Source of the DNA: Clostridiales bacterium
GTDB lineage: Bacteria; Bacillota; Clostridia; Lutisporales; Lutisporaceae
DNA length: 64,000 bases
Assembly (NCBI GenBank): GCA_012521375.1
Contig: JAAYMO010000109.1
Coordinates: 1,291 to 65,290, forward strand
Direction: 5' to 3'
Shown: positions 47,020-56,951 of the stretch, piece by piece
How positions within the stretch are numbered: position 1 is the stretch's first letter
How the letters are laid out: each line of letters begins with the position of its first letter
The notes under the pieces: model-generated
What the model was told of the DNA's origin: nothing
The model's database searches: none
Seen by the model: the letters and a program-made list of their open reading frames with translations, nothing else
Translations under genes and position numbers: made by a program

Positions 47020-48246
47020 ATGAAACTATTTAATGTAAAAAAAGTCGATGAAGTAAAAAAAATAATTGATGAGGCATTTTCTGATATATGGAGCAAATAT
47101 GAGTTAGTACCTATTGAAAAAAGCTTAGGAAGAGTGGCATATGAGGATTTGCATTCACCCATAGAACTTCCCGAGTTTTCAAGATCTGTAGTTGACGGGT
47201 ATGCTGTATTATCTAAGGATACTCATGGAGCAGGCGAAAGCATGCCAGTTTTTTTAAATGTTATAGGTCGTGTAGAAATGGGCCAGGTAGCAACCGATAC
47301 AATAAAAAGCTCTACCGCCATATATGTACCTACAGGGGCTATGATACCTCCAGGAGCAGATGCGGTTGTAATGATAGAATACGTAGAAAATTTAGATGAA
47401 AATATCATAGCAGTTTATACTCCTGTAGCACCAGGTCAGGGCATTATAAAAAAAGGTGATGATATAAAAAAGGGTCATAAAGTGTTATCAAAAGGTAAAA
47501 GAATTAGGGCAAGAGATATCGGAGTTCTATCTGCTTTAGGAATAGAATTCATAAAGGTTTATGAAAAAATAAAGGTTTCAGTAATATCCACAGGTGATGA
47601 AATTGTCAACCCTTTCGGGGAGGTATCTTTTGGCCAAATAAGGGATATAAATACTTATCTCATATCTGCCATGGCTGAAGAATCAGGAGCTGAGATAAGT
47701 TTAAAACTTTTGGTGGAAGATGACTTTGATGAGCTTATAGAAGCCATCAAAAAAGCACTTCAGGTTTCAGAAATAGTTGTGTTATCAGGAGGAAGTTCAG
47801 TGGGAGCTAAGGATATGACAGCCAAAGCTATAGAATTTATGGATGGCGGAGAAATTTTTGTACACGGTGTTGCTGTTAAACCGGGAAAACCTACTATCGT
47901 TGGCAAGATAGGGGATAAAGCTATATTCGGCCTACCGGGACATCCTTCTTCTGCTATGATCATATATAAATTGTTTGTAGACTATTTGATACGGAAATAT
48001 TATTCTATGAATGAAGATACAATATATGTTGAAGCTTCATGCAGTGAAAACATACATTCTGACCCTGGCAAAGAAACTTATCAGCCTGTAGAATTGATTG
48101 AAAAAAATGGGGCATATGAAGCAATACCCATATATGGTAAATCAGCAACCATATCCAAAGTAGCCAAATCAATAGGCTATATTAAAATAACAGAAAATAA
48201 AGAAGGTATCAAAAAAGGGGAAAAAGTGAGAGTGGCATTGTTTTAA
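47020..48246 (+). CDS. moeA: Molybdopterin molybdo/tungstotransferase MoeA (paralog 1)
   Basis: RSVVDGYAV, TGAMIPPGADAVVMIE, STGDEI, SGGSS.G.KD, KPGKP, GLPGHP. Confidence 0.92.
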   Translation: MKLFNVKKVDEVKKIIDEAFSDIWSKYELVPIEKSLGRVAYEDLHSPIELPEFSRSVVDGYAVLSKDTHGAGESMPVFLNVIGRVEMGQVATDTIKSSTAIYVPTGAMIPPGADAVVMIEYVENLDENIIAVYTPVAPGQGIIKKGDDIKKGHKVLSKGKRIRARDIGVLSALGIEFIKVYEKIKVSVISTGDEIVNPFGEVSFGQIRDINTYLISAMAEESGAEISLKLLVEDDFDELIEAIKKALQVSEIVVLSGGSSVGAKDMTAKAIEFMDGGEIFVHGVAVKPGKPTIVGKIGDKAIFGLPGHPSSAMIIYKLFVDYLIRKYYSMNEDTIYVEASCSENIHSDPGKETYQPVELIEKNGAYEAIPIYGKSATISKVAKSIGYIKITENKEGIKKGEKVRVALF

Positions 48247-48271
48247 TTCATATGATAAAGGATGTGATGGA

Positions 48272-50176
48272 ATGGAAAGGAAAATATATCTGGATAACAT
48301 GGATGTAGATGAAGCTTTGAAACTATTTTTAGATAGGACTGGATACAAGCAAGAAATAGAAGAAATACATGTTATCCAATCTTTGGGAAGGGTTACGGCA
48401 GATGCTGTATTTGCTATATATTCATCCCCTAATTTTAATGCTTCTGCTATGGACGGCATAGCTGTAAGAGCTAAAGATACTTATGAAGCATCAGAGGTTA
48501 ATCCTGTGATATTCAAAAAAGGACAATACAAGTATGTAGATACAGGAGATCCCATAAGTGAGCCTTATGATGCAGTTATAATGATCGAGGATGTTGTTGA
48601 AGTTGGAGAAGGCAACCTGAAGATAATCTCGCCTGTGTTTCCATGGCAGAATGTAAGACCTATTGGTGAGGATATAGTGGCAAATGAGATGATAATTCCC
48701 TCTAATCATATAATAGGTCCTGTAGATATAGGTGCTTTGCTATCGGGAGGAATCACCACTATAAAAGTGTATAAAAAACCAAGAGTAGGAATAATTCCCA
48801 CAGGAACAGAAATTGTGGAACCAGGAGAAAAACTTAAGATTGGAGACATTATAGAATCCAATTCCAGAATGCTTGAAGGACTGGTTAAGGAATATGGAGG
48901 AGAACCATTAAGATATTCGATAGTTGCAGATGATTATGAATTACTGAAGGCTGCAATCAAAAATGCATTGATGGAAAACGATATAGTTGTAATCAACGCT
49001 GGTTCCTCAGCAGGTTCAGAGGATTATACTTCCAAACTAGTGGAAGATATGGGAGAACTGATAGTTCATGGAGTTGCAACAAAGCCTGGTAAGCCTGTTG
49101 TACTGGGATTTATAGAAAACAAGCCGGTGATAGGAGTGCCTGGATATCCTGTTTCAGCTTGGGTTGTGTTTGAAATATTTGCAAAGCCATTGATAAACAG
49201 GTGGGCAGGCAGGCAGATAAAACAAGAAAAGAAGGTGGAAGCAGTACTTTCTAAAAGACTTGTTTCATCCCTTAGAAATAAGGAATTTGTGAGGGTAAAA
49301 TTGGGCAAGGTGAATAATAATTTGATTGCCACACCGTTAAGCAGAGGGGCAGGAGTTACCATGTCTTTAGTGAGGGCAGATGGAATACTGGAAGTTCCTC
49401 AAACTTGTGAGGGCTATGAAGCTGGAGAAAAAGTGAATATTAATCTTTTGAAGGATTTGGAGGATATTCAAAATACTATAGTTTCTATAGGAAGCCATGA
49501 TCTTATAATGGATATTATCGGTAACATGATTCATAGGAAGAATTCTGCTTATAATCTTTCTTCCTCTCATGTAGGAAGCATGGCAGGCTTAATGGCTCTC
49601 AGAAGAGGGGAAGCTCATATGGCTCCTATACATCTATTGGATGAAGAAACTGGAACATATAATATAGAATATATAAAAAAATATTTAGCCAATATGGACA
49701 TTGCTCTCATTAAAGGTGTCAAAAGAATTCAGGGCATAATGACTAAGAAAAATAATCCTAAATCTATTAAGGGTATAGAAGATTTAGCCAGGGATGACAT
49801 ACGATTTGTCAATCGGCAAAAAGGTGCAGGAACGAGAATATTGACAGATTATTTACTGAAAAATGCTGGAATAGATACGGAAAAAATCAATGGCTATCAA
49901 AGGGAAATGACAACTCATATGGCAGTGGCTGCAGCTGTTGCGTCAGGCTCAGCGGATGTAGGGGTAGGAGTATATTCAGCGGCAAAGGCTATGGATCTTA
50001 ATTTTATTCCTATAGGGGAAGAAGAATATGATTTTGCAATTCCCACAGCTTTTTTGGATGAAATAATGATAAAATTATTTATAGAAGTTATAATGTCCAA
50101 AGACTTTAAAGATTATCTCAATCAAATGGGAGGTTATGGTATAGAGAATACGGGACATATTATCAAATGCAATTAA
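48272..50176 (+). CDS. moeA: MoeA fused to a C-terminal periplasmic-binding-protein-like (PBP) domain (paralog 2)
   Basis: SAMDGIAV, TGDP, AGSSAGSED, GVPGYPVS; C-terminal GSHD, HVGSMAGL, FVNRQKGAGTR, THMAVA. Confidence 0.9.
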   Translation: MERKIYLDNMDVDEALKLFLDRTGYKQEIEEIHVIQSLGRVTADAVFAIYSSPNFNASAMDGIAVRAKDTYEASEVNPVIFKKGQYKYVDTGDPISEPYDAVIMIEDVVEVGEGNLKIISPVFPWQNVRPIGEDIVANEMIIPSNHIIGPVDIGALLSGGITTIKVYKKPRVGIIPTGTEIVEPGEKLKIGDIIESNSRMLEGLVKEYGGEPLRYSIVADDYELLKAAIKNALMENDIVVINAGSSAGSEDYTSKLVEDMGELIVHGVATKPGKPVVLGFIENKPVIGVPGYPVSAWVVFEIFAKPLINRWAGRQIKQEKKVEAVLSKRLVSSLRNKEFVRVKLGKVNNNLIATPLSRGAGVTMSLVRADGILEVPQTCEGYEAGEKVNINLLKDLEDIQNTIVSIGSHDLIMDIIGNMIHRKNSAYNLSSSHVGSMAGLMALRRGEAHMAPIHLLDEETGTYNIEYIKKYLANMDIALIKGVKRIQGIMTKKNNPKSIKGIEDLARDDIRFVNRQKGAGTRILTDYLLKNAGIDTEKINGYQREMTTHMAVAAAVASGSADVGVGVYSAAKAMDLNFIPIGEEEYDFAIPTAFLDEIMIKLFIEVIMSKDFKDYLNQMGGYGIENTGHIIKCN

Positions 50177-50194
50177 AAGGGATGGTTATAAAAG

Positions 50195-51154
50195 ATGAAA
50201 GATAAATACGGCAGAAATATTGAATACTTGAGAATTTCACTTACCGATCGATGTAATTTGCGCTGTAAGTATTGTATGCCAGAGGAAGGAATACATGATA
50301 AAAAAACGCATGGTGAAATAATGACTCTTGAAGAAATATATGAAGTAGTAGAGATTTGCACTGAGTTGGGAGTAAAGAAAATCCGTTTAACGGGAGGAGA
50401 ACCTTTGACCCGTCTCGGTGTAACCAGCTTGGTAGAAAAAATTTCAAAGTTAGATAAAGTGACAGATATCAGCATGACAACTAATGCAGTGCTCTTGAAA
50501 AAATATGCGAAAGAGTTGAAGGAGGCAGGTCTTAAAAGAGTAAACATAAGTTTAGATACTTTGAATGAGAAAAAGTACAAGGAAATTACCCGTTTAGGCT
50601 CCATTAAAGATGTATTCGATGGGTTGGAAGAAGCAAAGAAAGTAGGGCTTTTACCGATAAAGATAAATATAGTTTTGATTGATAGATTTAATGATGATGA
50701 AATAGAAGACTTTGTTGAGCTCACAAGAAATGAAGATATTCAAGTCAGATTCATCGAACTGATGCCAATAGGTCAAACCGCTGATTGGGCAAGGGATTAC
50801 TTTGTTCCCAACACTATTGTGTTGGAAAGAATTAAAGAGCTGGAGCCTGTAGAAATAGGGGACAAGTCAAGCCCTGCAAGGTATTATATGCTGCCTGGAG
50901 GAAAAGGAAAAGTAGGTCTTATCAATCCAATAAGCCATCAATTTTGCAGAAACTGTAATCGACTGAGACTCACTGCAGATGGAAAGATTAAGCCCTGTCT
51001 TCATTCTGATCAAGAGATAGATGTTTTGAAAACAATCAGAGAAGGTGGAAATGTAAAAGAAGTAATGAAAAGCTCCATATTGAAAAAACCGTTGAAACAT
51101 CATCTAAATGATGGAGAAGCGATACAACGAAGTATGGCGCGTATAGGAGGCTAA
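50195..51154 (+). CDS. moaA: GTP 3',8-cyclase (radical SAM)
   Basis: YLRISLTDRCNLRCKYC, RLTGGEP, RFIELMP, FCRNCNRLRLT...KPCL, MARIGG. Confidence 0.97.
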   Translation: MKDKYGRNIEYLRISLTDRCNLRCKYCMPEEGIHDKKTHGEIMTLEEIYEVVEICTELGVKKIRLTGGEPLTRLGVTSLVEKISKLDKVTDISMTTNAVLLKKYAKELKEAGLKRVNISLDTLNEKKYKEITRLGSIKDVFDGLEEAKKVGLLPIKINIVLIDRFNDDEIEDFVELTRNEDIQVRFIELMPIGQTADWARDYFVPNTIVLERIKELEPVEIGDKSSPARYYMLPGGKGKVGLINPISHQFCRNCNRLRLTADGKIKPCLHSDQEIDVLKTIREGGNVKEVMKSSILKKPLKHHLNDGEAIQRSMARIGG

Positions 51155-51180
51155 AAAATATTATACAAGGAGTATGTGAT

Positions 51181-51618
51181 ATGGAAGGAAAAATTTTAGC
51201 TGTAAATATCAGTGAAAAAAAAGGAGTGCATAAGACTCCTGTAGAAGAAGGATATTTCAAAGTAGATCATGGACTAGTGGGAGATGCTCATGCAGGTAAT
51301 TGGCATAGACAGGTGAGCCTTCTTGGAATTGAAAGTATGAACAAAATGAAGGCTATAGGAATAGAAGGTTTATGTACCGGAAAATTTGCTGAGAATCTTA
51401 CTACTGAAGGTATAAAATTATATGAACTTCCTGTAGGTACTAAGCTCCAAATCGGTGATACCATTCAAGAAGTTACACAGATAGGCAAGGAATGCCATGT
51501 AGGCTGCGCTATTTTTCAGCAGATTGGCGACTGCATAATGCCTAGGGAAGGAATTTTTACAAAAGTTTTGAAAGAAGGAACTGTAAAACCGGGCGATGTT
51601 ATTAAAGTCATTGAATAG
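51181..51618 (+). CDS. MOSC-domain protein
   Basis: GLVGDAHAG.WHRQVSLL, FAENLT, QIGKECH...C...CIMPREG. Confidence 0.88.
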   Translation: MEGKILAVNISEKKGVHKTPVEEGYFKVDHGLVGDAHAGNWHRQVSLLGIESMNKMKAIGIEGLCTGKFAENLTTEGIKLYELPVGTKLQIGDTIQEVTQIGKECHVGCAIFQQIGDCIMPREGIFTKVLKEGTVKPGDVIKVIE

Positions 51619-51648
51619 ATGAGATGAAACAAAGCTTATGCAACAATC

Positions 51649-51672
51649 ATGCGGGGCCCAAAAGCCCCGCAT
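51649..51672. terminator. Bidirectional terminator between convergent genes
   Basis: ATGCGGGGC-CCAAAA-GCCCCGCAT. Confidence 0.7.
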
Positions 51673-51679
51673 TTACAAT

Positions 51680-51877
51680 CTAAGATCTTCCGTTTTGAAG
51701 AAGGTCTATGCTGCCAAGAGCAATATGGGCAAGGCCTAAACCAATGAGACCTGCACCTATCGCTACTCTAGTATCCCTTTTGGTCATGCCATGCTTACGC
51801 ATGTCTCGGACCCTCATTGCGGTACCTGCGGCTGTAACAGCAGTACCTAATATTGCAGGGATCAATCCTTCACGCAT
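51680..51877 (-). CDS. Small two-TM hypothetical protein
   Basis: RBS GGAGGT + ATG 51877; MREGLIPAILGTAVTAAG...GAGLIGLGLAHIALG. Confidence 0.7.
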   Translation of the reverse strand: MREGLIPAILGTAVTAAGTAMRVRDMRKHGMTKRDTRVAIGAGLIGLGLAHIALGSIDLLQNGRS

Positions 51878-52143
51878 AAAATACCTCCTCAATATGAAGA
51901 TTTAGATGTGAAGCTAGTTTTTGACGTTTTTTATGATAATATGCAATAATGAAGGAAGTTAAAAAACAATAATCATATATTATATGCTTGTAGCACTAGT
52001 AAGCTTTGTTGTACCACTAACCAAATATTTCACTGGCTTGCAGATAATTTAAGCTGATTTTGTCTTATAGTTTTGCTGTGAAATGTTCAAAACCTGTGAT
52101 AAAATTTAGGTTGATAAAAAAATAAGCAGAAGGAGAATACCAA

Positions 52144-52557
52144 ATGAAAATAGTGATCATAGATGGTCAAGGGGGAAAAATGGGGAAGATGATAGTGGAA
52201 CAGTTGAAAAAAAGCTATCCTTCCCTTGAATTGATAGCCATTGGTACAAACAGCATAGCTACTGCAGCTATGATGAAGGCAGGAGCCGATCATGGAGCCA
52301 CAGGTGAAAATCCGGTGGTAGTTGCAAGCAAAGATGCTGATATAATTATTGGCCCCATAGGTATTATAATTGCAGATTCTATGTTAGGTGAGGTTACGCC
52401 TGCTATGGCAAAGGCCATAGGCCAGAGCAAAGCCAAAAAGATATTGATTCCTGTAAACAAATGCAATAGTCATATTGTAGGCTCACAGGATTTGCCCATG
52501 TCAGAATACATAAGACTTGCAGTAGATTTAGTCAGAACCATCATAAAGGACATGTGA
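52144..52557 (+). CDS. DUF3842-family protein
   Basis: IDGQGG.MG, AIGTNSIATAAMMKAGA..GATGENP, IIADSMLGEVTP. Confidence 0.85.
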   Translation: MKIVIIDGQGGKMGKMIVEQLKKSYPSLELIAIGTNSIATAAMMKAGADHGATGENPVVVASKDADIIIGPIGIIIADSMLGEVTPAMAKAIGQSKAKKILIPVNKCNSHIVGSQDLPMSEYIRLAVDLVRTIIKDM

Positions 52558-53122
52558 GCACAATGTCGCATATTTCAGCAATCTTCATCTCGCTAAAATA
52601 GAGGTTTTCCATAGGTATCCACTCTTGGAGAAAACGTTTCAGCATATACTCACCGCTTCTTTGTAGAATTCTCTGTTTTTGCAGTTCACTATCTATACTC
52701 ATGAAAATTTTCAGATCATATTCCTGCCTTAATGTGGGGTGCATTGAATATACACCCTCGATTATATTTAGTTTTTTAGGGGAGACTTTAATATAATCCG
52801 TAAGTCTCCCTACTTTACAATCATATATCTGATACTTAAATTCTATATTTTTTCTTATATTGTCCAACACCTCTTCTTTGAAACGCTCATAATCCACATT
52901 GCCACCTACTTCCCTTATCCTTTCAGTTGTCCTCTGTTCAGGACGAAGAAAGAAGTGATCCATATGAAAAATATTGGAATCATAAATATCGGACAATGAC
53001 TCTGCCAGAGTGCTTTTTCCACTGCCACTATTGCCATCTATCGCTACTATAACGGTATTGTTTTTTCTCAGCAAGTCATCGATTTTTTCAAATAACTCTA
53101 TATATCTTTCTTTTAGTTTCAA
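52541..53122 (-). CDS. Uridine kinase/PRK-like P-loop kinase
   Basis: AIDGNSGSGKST, FHMDHFF, NVDYERF, IIEGVYS. Confidence 0.75.
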   Translation of the reverse strand: MKLKERYIELFEKIDDLLRKNNTVIVAIDGNSGSGKSTLAESLSDIYDSNIFHMDHFFLRPEQRTTERIREVGGNVDYERFKEEVLDNIRKNIEFKYQIYDCKVGRLTDYIKVSPKKLNIIEGVYSMHPTLRQEYDLKIFMSIDSELQKQRILQRSGEYMLKRFLQEWIPMENLYFSEMKIAEICDIVLTCPL

Positions 53123-53125
53123 TAC

Positions 53126-53647
53126 CTAAAACATCCTTTCCAGAAGTTTGCTTTTCTCAAGAGCTTTATATACCACTGGTATCAGTATAATCTGTATTAT
53201 TATACCAGGCAGGGCTGTTATGAAAGCTCCCGATATAAACATAGACCAGGAATAGGCTTTTCCGGTTAGACCGAGCAAAATAACATTAGCTATACCCAAA
53301 ATTACTCTGCCTGATAGCATGGCGCCAATCAGTGCAGCCAATACGTTGAGTCTTGTTGACAAAAGTCCGATTACAGCACCATAGGTAGCAAGCTCTAAAG
53401 CCATTGAAATGGCAATGGGATAAAGGGGAGGCATACCAGTCAGAAAGCTGGAAATCAATGGAACAATGATTCCTGCTGCAAGACCGTATGTCCAGCCGCA
53501 AATAAGGCCGCATAAAAGAACCGGTAAATGCATAGGGAGAAATATGGAACCGGATAAAGAGAAAGCATGGAAGGCTATGGGCAATCCAATACCTATGGCC
53601 GTAAAAAGTCCTGTAAGAATCAGTTTTAGTGTCGATGATTTATTCAT
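53126..53647 (-). CDS. Stand-alone ECF transporter S component
   Basis: LFTAIGIGLP.AFH, FLPMHLPV, GMPP, MALELA, LPGIIIQ; RBS GGAGG before ATG 53647. Confidence 0.85.
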   Translation of the reverse strand: MNKSSTLKLILTGLFTAIGIGLPIAFHAFSLSGSIFLPMHLPVLLCGLICGWTYGLAAGIIVPLISSFLTGMPPLYPIAISMALELATYGAVIGLLSTRLNVLAALIGAMLSGRVILGIANVILLGLTGKAYSWSMFISGAFITALPGIIIQIILIPVVYKALEKSKLLERMF

Positions 53648-53779
53648 GTTATTCCCTCCAAAAACAAAAATACCACAAGATGAATGCCTTCCTTGAGAAA
53701 GCATATACCTTCGTGGTATATTAAAATTATTTATAAATAAGATAAAATTTATAAGTTAACTTCAGTTAACATTGATTTT

Positions 53780-53807
53780 AGTATAGCATGGCACTATAAA
53801 ATGTCAA
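53780..53807 (-). promoter_or_regulatory. sigma-A promoter of the ECF-S/kinase operon
   Basis: On the minus strand TTGACA, 16 nt, TGC-TATACT. Confidence 0.6.
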
Positions 53808-53836
53808 GAATCGAGCAGGGCTTCATATTCAACTTG

Positions 53837-55981
53837 TTAGATCAGACTAAAGAATCGAACACTTTGAGTTACTGTAAATGTTATTATTATCCCTGCTATA
53901 GTAGGCACTATAAATGATATAAAAGTCCATTTCCAGCTTTTTGTTTCTTTTCTAATAGTCAATAAGGTAGTACCACAAGGGAAATGCATTAAACAAAATA
54001 GCATTACGTTTATTGCAGTGAGCCAAGTCCAGCCGTTGGAAATCAGAAGATTTCTTAGAGCTTCGATACTTTCCAGTTCTATCATAGAGCCTGCAGCCAT
54101 ATAACTCATTATAATAATAGGCATTACAATTTCATTGGCAGGCAAACCAAGTATGAAAGCCATCAATATATATCCATCCATACCTAACAACTGTGCGAAA
54201 GGATTCAGAAAAGTGGCACCGTAATCCAGCAAACTGCTCCCGCTTATATGAATATTTGCCATTATCCAAATGAAAAGACCGGCGGGGGCAGCTACCATTA
54301 CAGCGCGACCTAAAACAAATATAGTCCTATCAAATATAGATCTTACTATTATCCTCCCAACCTGAGGCTTACGATAAGGCGGTAACTCCAGCGCAAAGGA
54401 AGAAGGAATACCTTTTAATATGGTTTTTGATAAAATTCTTGATACAAAAAGTGTCATCAACACTCCCAATACTATTATGCCTGTTATGGTGGTTGTAGCG
54501 ATTATTGTTTGGAATGGTTTCTTTGCAGTACCTGCGATAAAGATAGTTGTAATGGTTATTAATGTGGGAAAGCGGCCGTTGCAGGGCACAAAGAAGTTTG
54601 TAATAGTTGCAATAAGCCTCTCCCTTGGTGAATCAATGATTCTACAACCGATAACCCCTGCTGCATTACATCCAAAGCCCATACACATGGTTAATGCTTG
54701 CTTACCGTGGGCACATGCTTTTTTGAAAAAATTATCAAGATTAAATGCCACCCTTGGCAAGTATCCTAAATCCTCTAAAAGAGTAAATAAGGGGAAAAAT
54801 ATGGCCATTGGCGGCAGCATTACAGACACTACCCAAGCAAGGGTCCTATATACACCAAGGACCAATGCACCATGAAGCCAATGAGGAAGACCATGAGTTA
54901 GAAAAATACTGGTTAACTTGTCTTCGATGCCGAAAAGTATTTTTGCAATAGCATCTGAAGGAATATTAGCCCCTACAATGGTTATCCAGAAAATTATTCC
55001 TAGTAAAGCGATCATAGCAGGGATTCCAAATAATTTTGACGTCAGTATATCATCGATTTTCCTATCCAATTGATTATGGTTTTTGTTTTCAGTATAAACC
55101 ACCTGTTGGCTGATGTTTTCAGCAAGTTTCACTATGGTTGTAACTATTTGGTCTTGTAGATTAGCAAATCTGTCTTTCTCGATTTTGCCGTCATTGATAA
55201 CTGAACTATATATATCATCTATTTCTTTTGTTAGATTAAATCCTAAATATTTATCGATGGAATTCAATATTGCTTTATCTTCATCTATTAGCTTCAAACT
55301 GATCCATCTGCTATTGATCCTATTGTCAATCAAGCCTTTTATGGCCTTTTCTATAGATGCAATCGTGTTTTCAATGCTATCGCTGTATTGTATCTTTATT
55401 GGGTTTGTTTTAATCTGATTTTGGGATACCTTATAAACAGCCTCCATCAGATTATCCAGCCCTTCTCCATTTCTTGCGCTGGTTCCCACCACAGGTATTC
55501 CCAGAATCTTAGATAGTTTATTTAAATCCACATGGATTTTTTTTCTACGGGCTTCATCCATCAGATTGACACATAAGACAACTTTATCGGTGATTTCCAA
55601 TATTTGCAGCACAAGATTCAGATTTCTTTCTAGGCAAGTAGCATCTGCAACAACCACTGTAGCATGGGGATTACCAAAGCATATAAAATTTCTTGCAATC
55701 TCTTCTTCTACTGAATTGGATAATAAAGAATAAGTGCCTGGTAAATCTACTAATACGAATTTTTTATTTTTATATTTATAATAGCCTTGTGCTGTTGTAA
55801 CTGTCTTTCCTGTCCAGTTCCCGGTATGTTGATTTAATCCTGTAAGGCTATTGAATACGGTACTTTTGCCTGTATTAGGATTGCCTGCTAGAGCAATGAT
55901 AACATCATCAACTGAATTTAGCTGTATATCCAGCATTTCTTTTAACGTGCTTATTCCTGTTGATTGGCTGGTAAGACCCAC
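53837..55981 (-). CDS. feoB: Ferrous iron transporter B
   Basis: GNPNTGKS, GNWTGKT, DLPGTYS, NLMDEA, FGCNA, PCNGR, LELPPYR; GTG start. Confidence 0.95.
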   Translation of the reverse strand: MGLTSQSTGISTLKEMLDIQLNSVDDVIIALAGNPNTGKSTVFNSLTGLNQHTGNWTGKTVTTAQGYYKYKNKKFVLVDLPGTYSLLSNSVEEEIARNFICFGNPHATVVVADATCLERNLNLVLQILEITDKVVLCVNLMDEARRKKIHVDLNKLSKILGIPVVGTSARNGEGLDNLMEAVYKVSQNQIKTNPIKIQYSDSIENTIASIEKAIKGLIDNRINSRWISLKLIDEDKAILNSIDKYLGFNLTKEIDDIYSSVINDGKIEKDRFANLQDQIVTTIVKLAENISQQVVYTENKNHNQLDRKIDDILTSKLFGIPAMIALLGIIFWITIVGANIPSDAIAKILFGIEDKLTSIFLTHGLPHWLHGALVLGVYRTLAWVVSVMLPPMAIFFPLFTLLEDLGYLPRVAFNLDNFFKKACAHGKQALTMCMGFGCNAAGVIGCRIIDSPRERLIATITNFFVPCNGRFPTLITITTIFIAGTAKKPFQTIIATTTITGIIVLGVLMTLFVSRILSKTILKGIPSSFALELPPYRKPQVGRIIVRSIFDRTIFVLGRAVMVAAPAGLFIWIMANIHISGSSLLDYGATFLNPFAQLLGMDGYILMAFILGLPANEIVMPIIIMSYMAAGSMIELESIEALRNLLISNGWTWLTAINVMLFCLMHFPCGTTLLTIRKETKSWKWTFISFIVPTIAGIIITFTVTQSVRFFSLI

Positions 55982-56002
55982 TATTGTAGCCTCCTTGATT
56001 AT

Positions 56003-56242
56003 TTATAATAGCTCTACCATAATTTTTGATGCCTCTTCTGAACGCAACGCGATTACTGCTCCGCGGATTTCATATGCAGTCGGATCACCGGAAGGGCTTT
56101 TTCGTAGTGATTCCACTATTGTATCTATAACTAAGCCTAGATCCAGCATTCTCCTTCTCATATTACCATCAGCAGTAAGTTCCTTCACTTTAGCACTTTT
56201 ACCGCAGGGTATCAGATTAAGTGGAATGATATTCTTTTTCAC
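56003..56242 (-). CDS. feoA: Ferrous iron transport protein A
   Basis: RRRMLDLGL, SPSGDP.AYEIRGAVIALR; GTG start after GGAGG. Confidence 0.93.
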   Translation of the reverse strand: MKKNIIPLNLIPCGKSAKVKELTADGNMRRRMLDLGLVIDTIVESLRKSPSGDPTAYEIRGAVIALRSEEASKIMVELL

Positions 56243-56285
56243 TGATAACAACCTCCATGATAAGATTTAGCTGCGTGAAAAATTC

Positions 56286-56299
56286 TTACCTATGGCTAA
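56286..56299. promoter_or_regulatory. Putative DtxR/MntR-family operator
   Basis: Imperfect palindrome TTACCTATGGCTAA between divergent feoAB and the regulator gene. Confidence 0.4.
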
Positions 56300-56372
56300 T
56301 ATATGAGTACTATAAGAAATGTGACACACATAGAATTAAAAAAAATGAATGTAATATTAAGGTGTGATAGGA

Positions 56373-56861
56373 TTGAAAAATAATGAGGATTTTTATACTG
56401 TCCGAGGATATGAAATCCTGGGGAAAAAGAAAAAGATGCTATCCCATAGTATGGAAGATTATCTTGAAATGATTTATAGAAATAGTATAGAAGAAGGATA
56501 TGTCCGGATCAATACACTTGCAGAATCATTAAATGTTCAGGCACCGTCAGCCACTAAGATGGTGCAAAAGCTTACAAAACTAGGCTATCTACAATATGAA
56601 AAATATGGAATAGTAAAACTGACTCCTAAAGGTGAAAAAATAGGCCGATTCCTACTAGAACGCCATAAAATAATTGAAGATTTTTTAAAACTCATTGGGG
56701 TGAAAGAGAAATTATTAGTGAATGTTGAATTGATTGAACATAATGTTACGAAAGGCGCACTTGCTAAAATCAAAATTTTAAACTCATTTTTTAAATCATA
56801 TCCGGAAATATTCAAAAAATTCCAGGAATACAGCTTAGCTTATAAGGAAGACGAGAGTTAA
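56373..56861 (+). CDS. DtxR/MntR-family metal-dependent transcriptional regulator
   Basis: SMEDYLEMIY, LNVQAPSATKMVQKL, LERHKII, ELIEH; divergent from feoAB. Confidence 0.9.
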   Translation: MKNNEDFYTVRGYEILGKKKKMLSHSMEDYLEMIYRNSIEEGYVRINTLAESLNVQAPSATKMVQKLTKLGYLQYEKYGIVKLTPKGEKIGRFLLERHKIIEDFLKLIGVKEKLLVNVELIEHNVTKGALAKIKILNSFFKSYPEIFKKFQEYSLAYKEDES

Positions 56862-56951
56862 GCAAAACCGGCAACGCCGGTTTATTATATTATTGTCAAC
56901 ATTCGGACACCTAATGTGATATAATTGAAAAAAAGATTGGTAGGTGATAAT

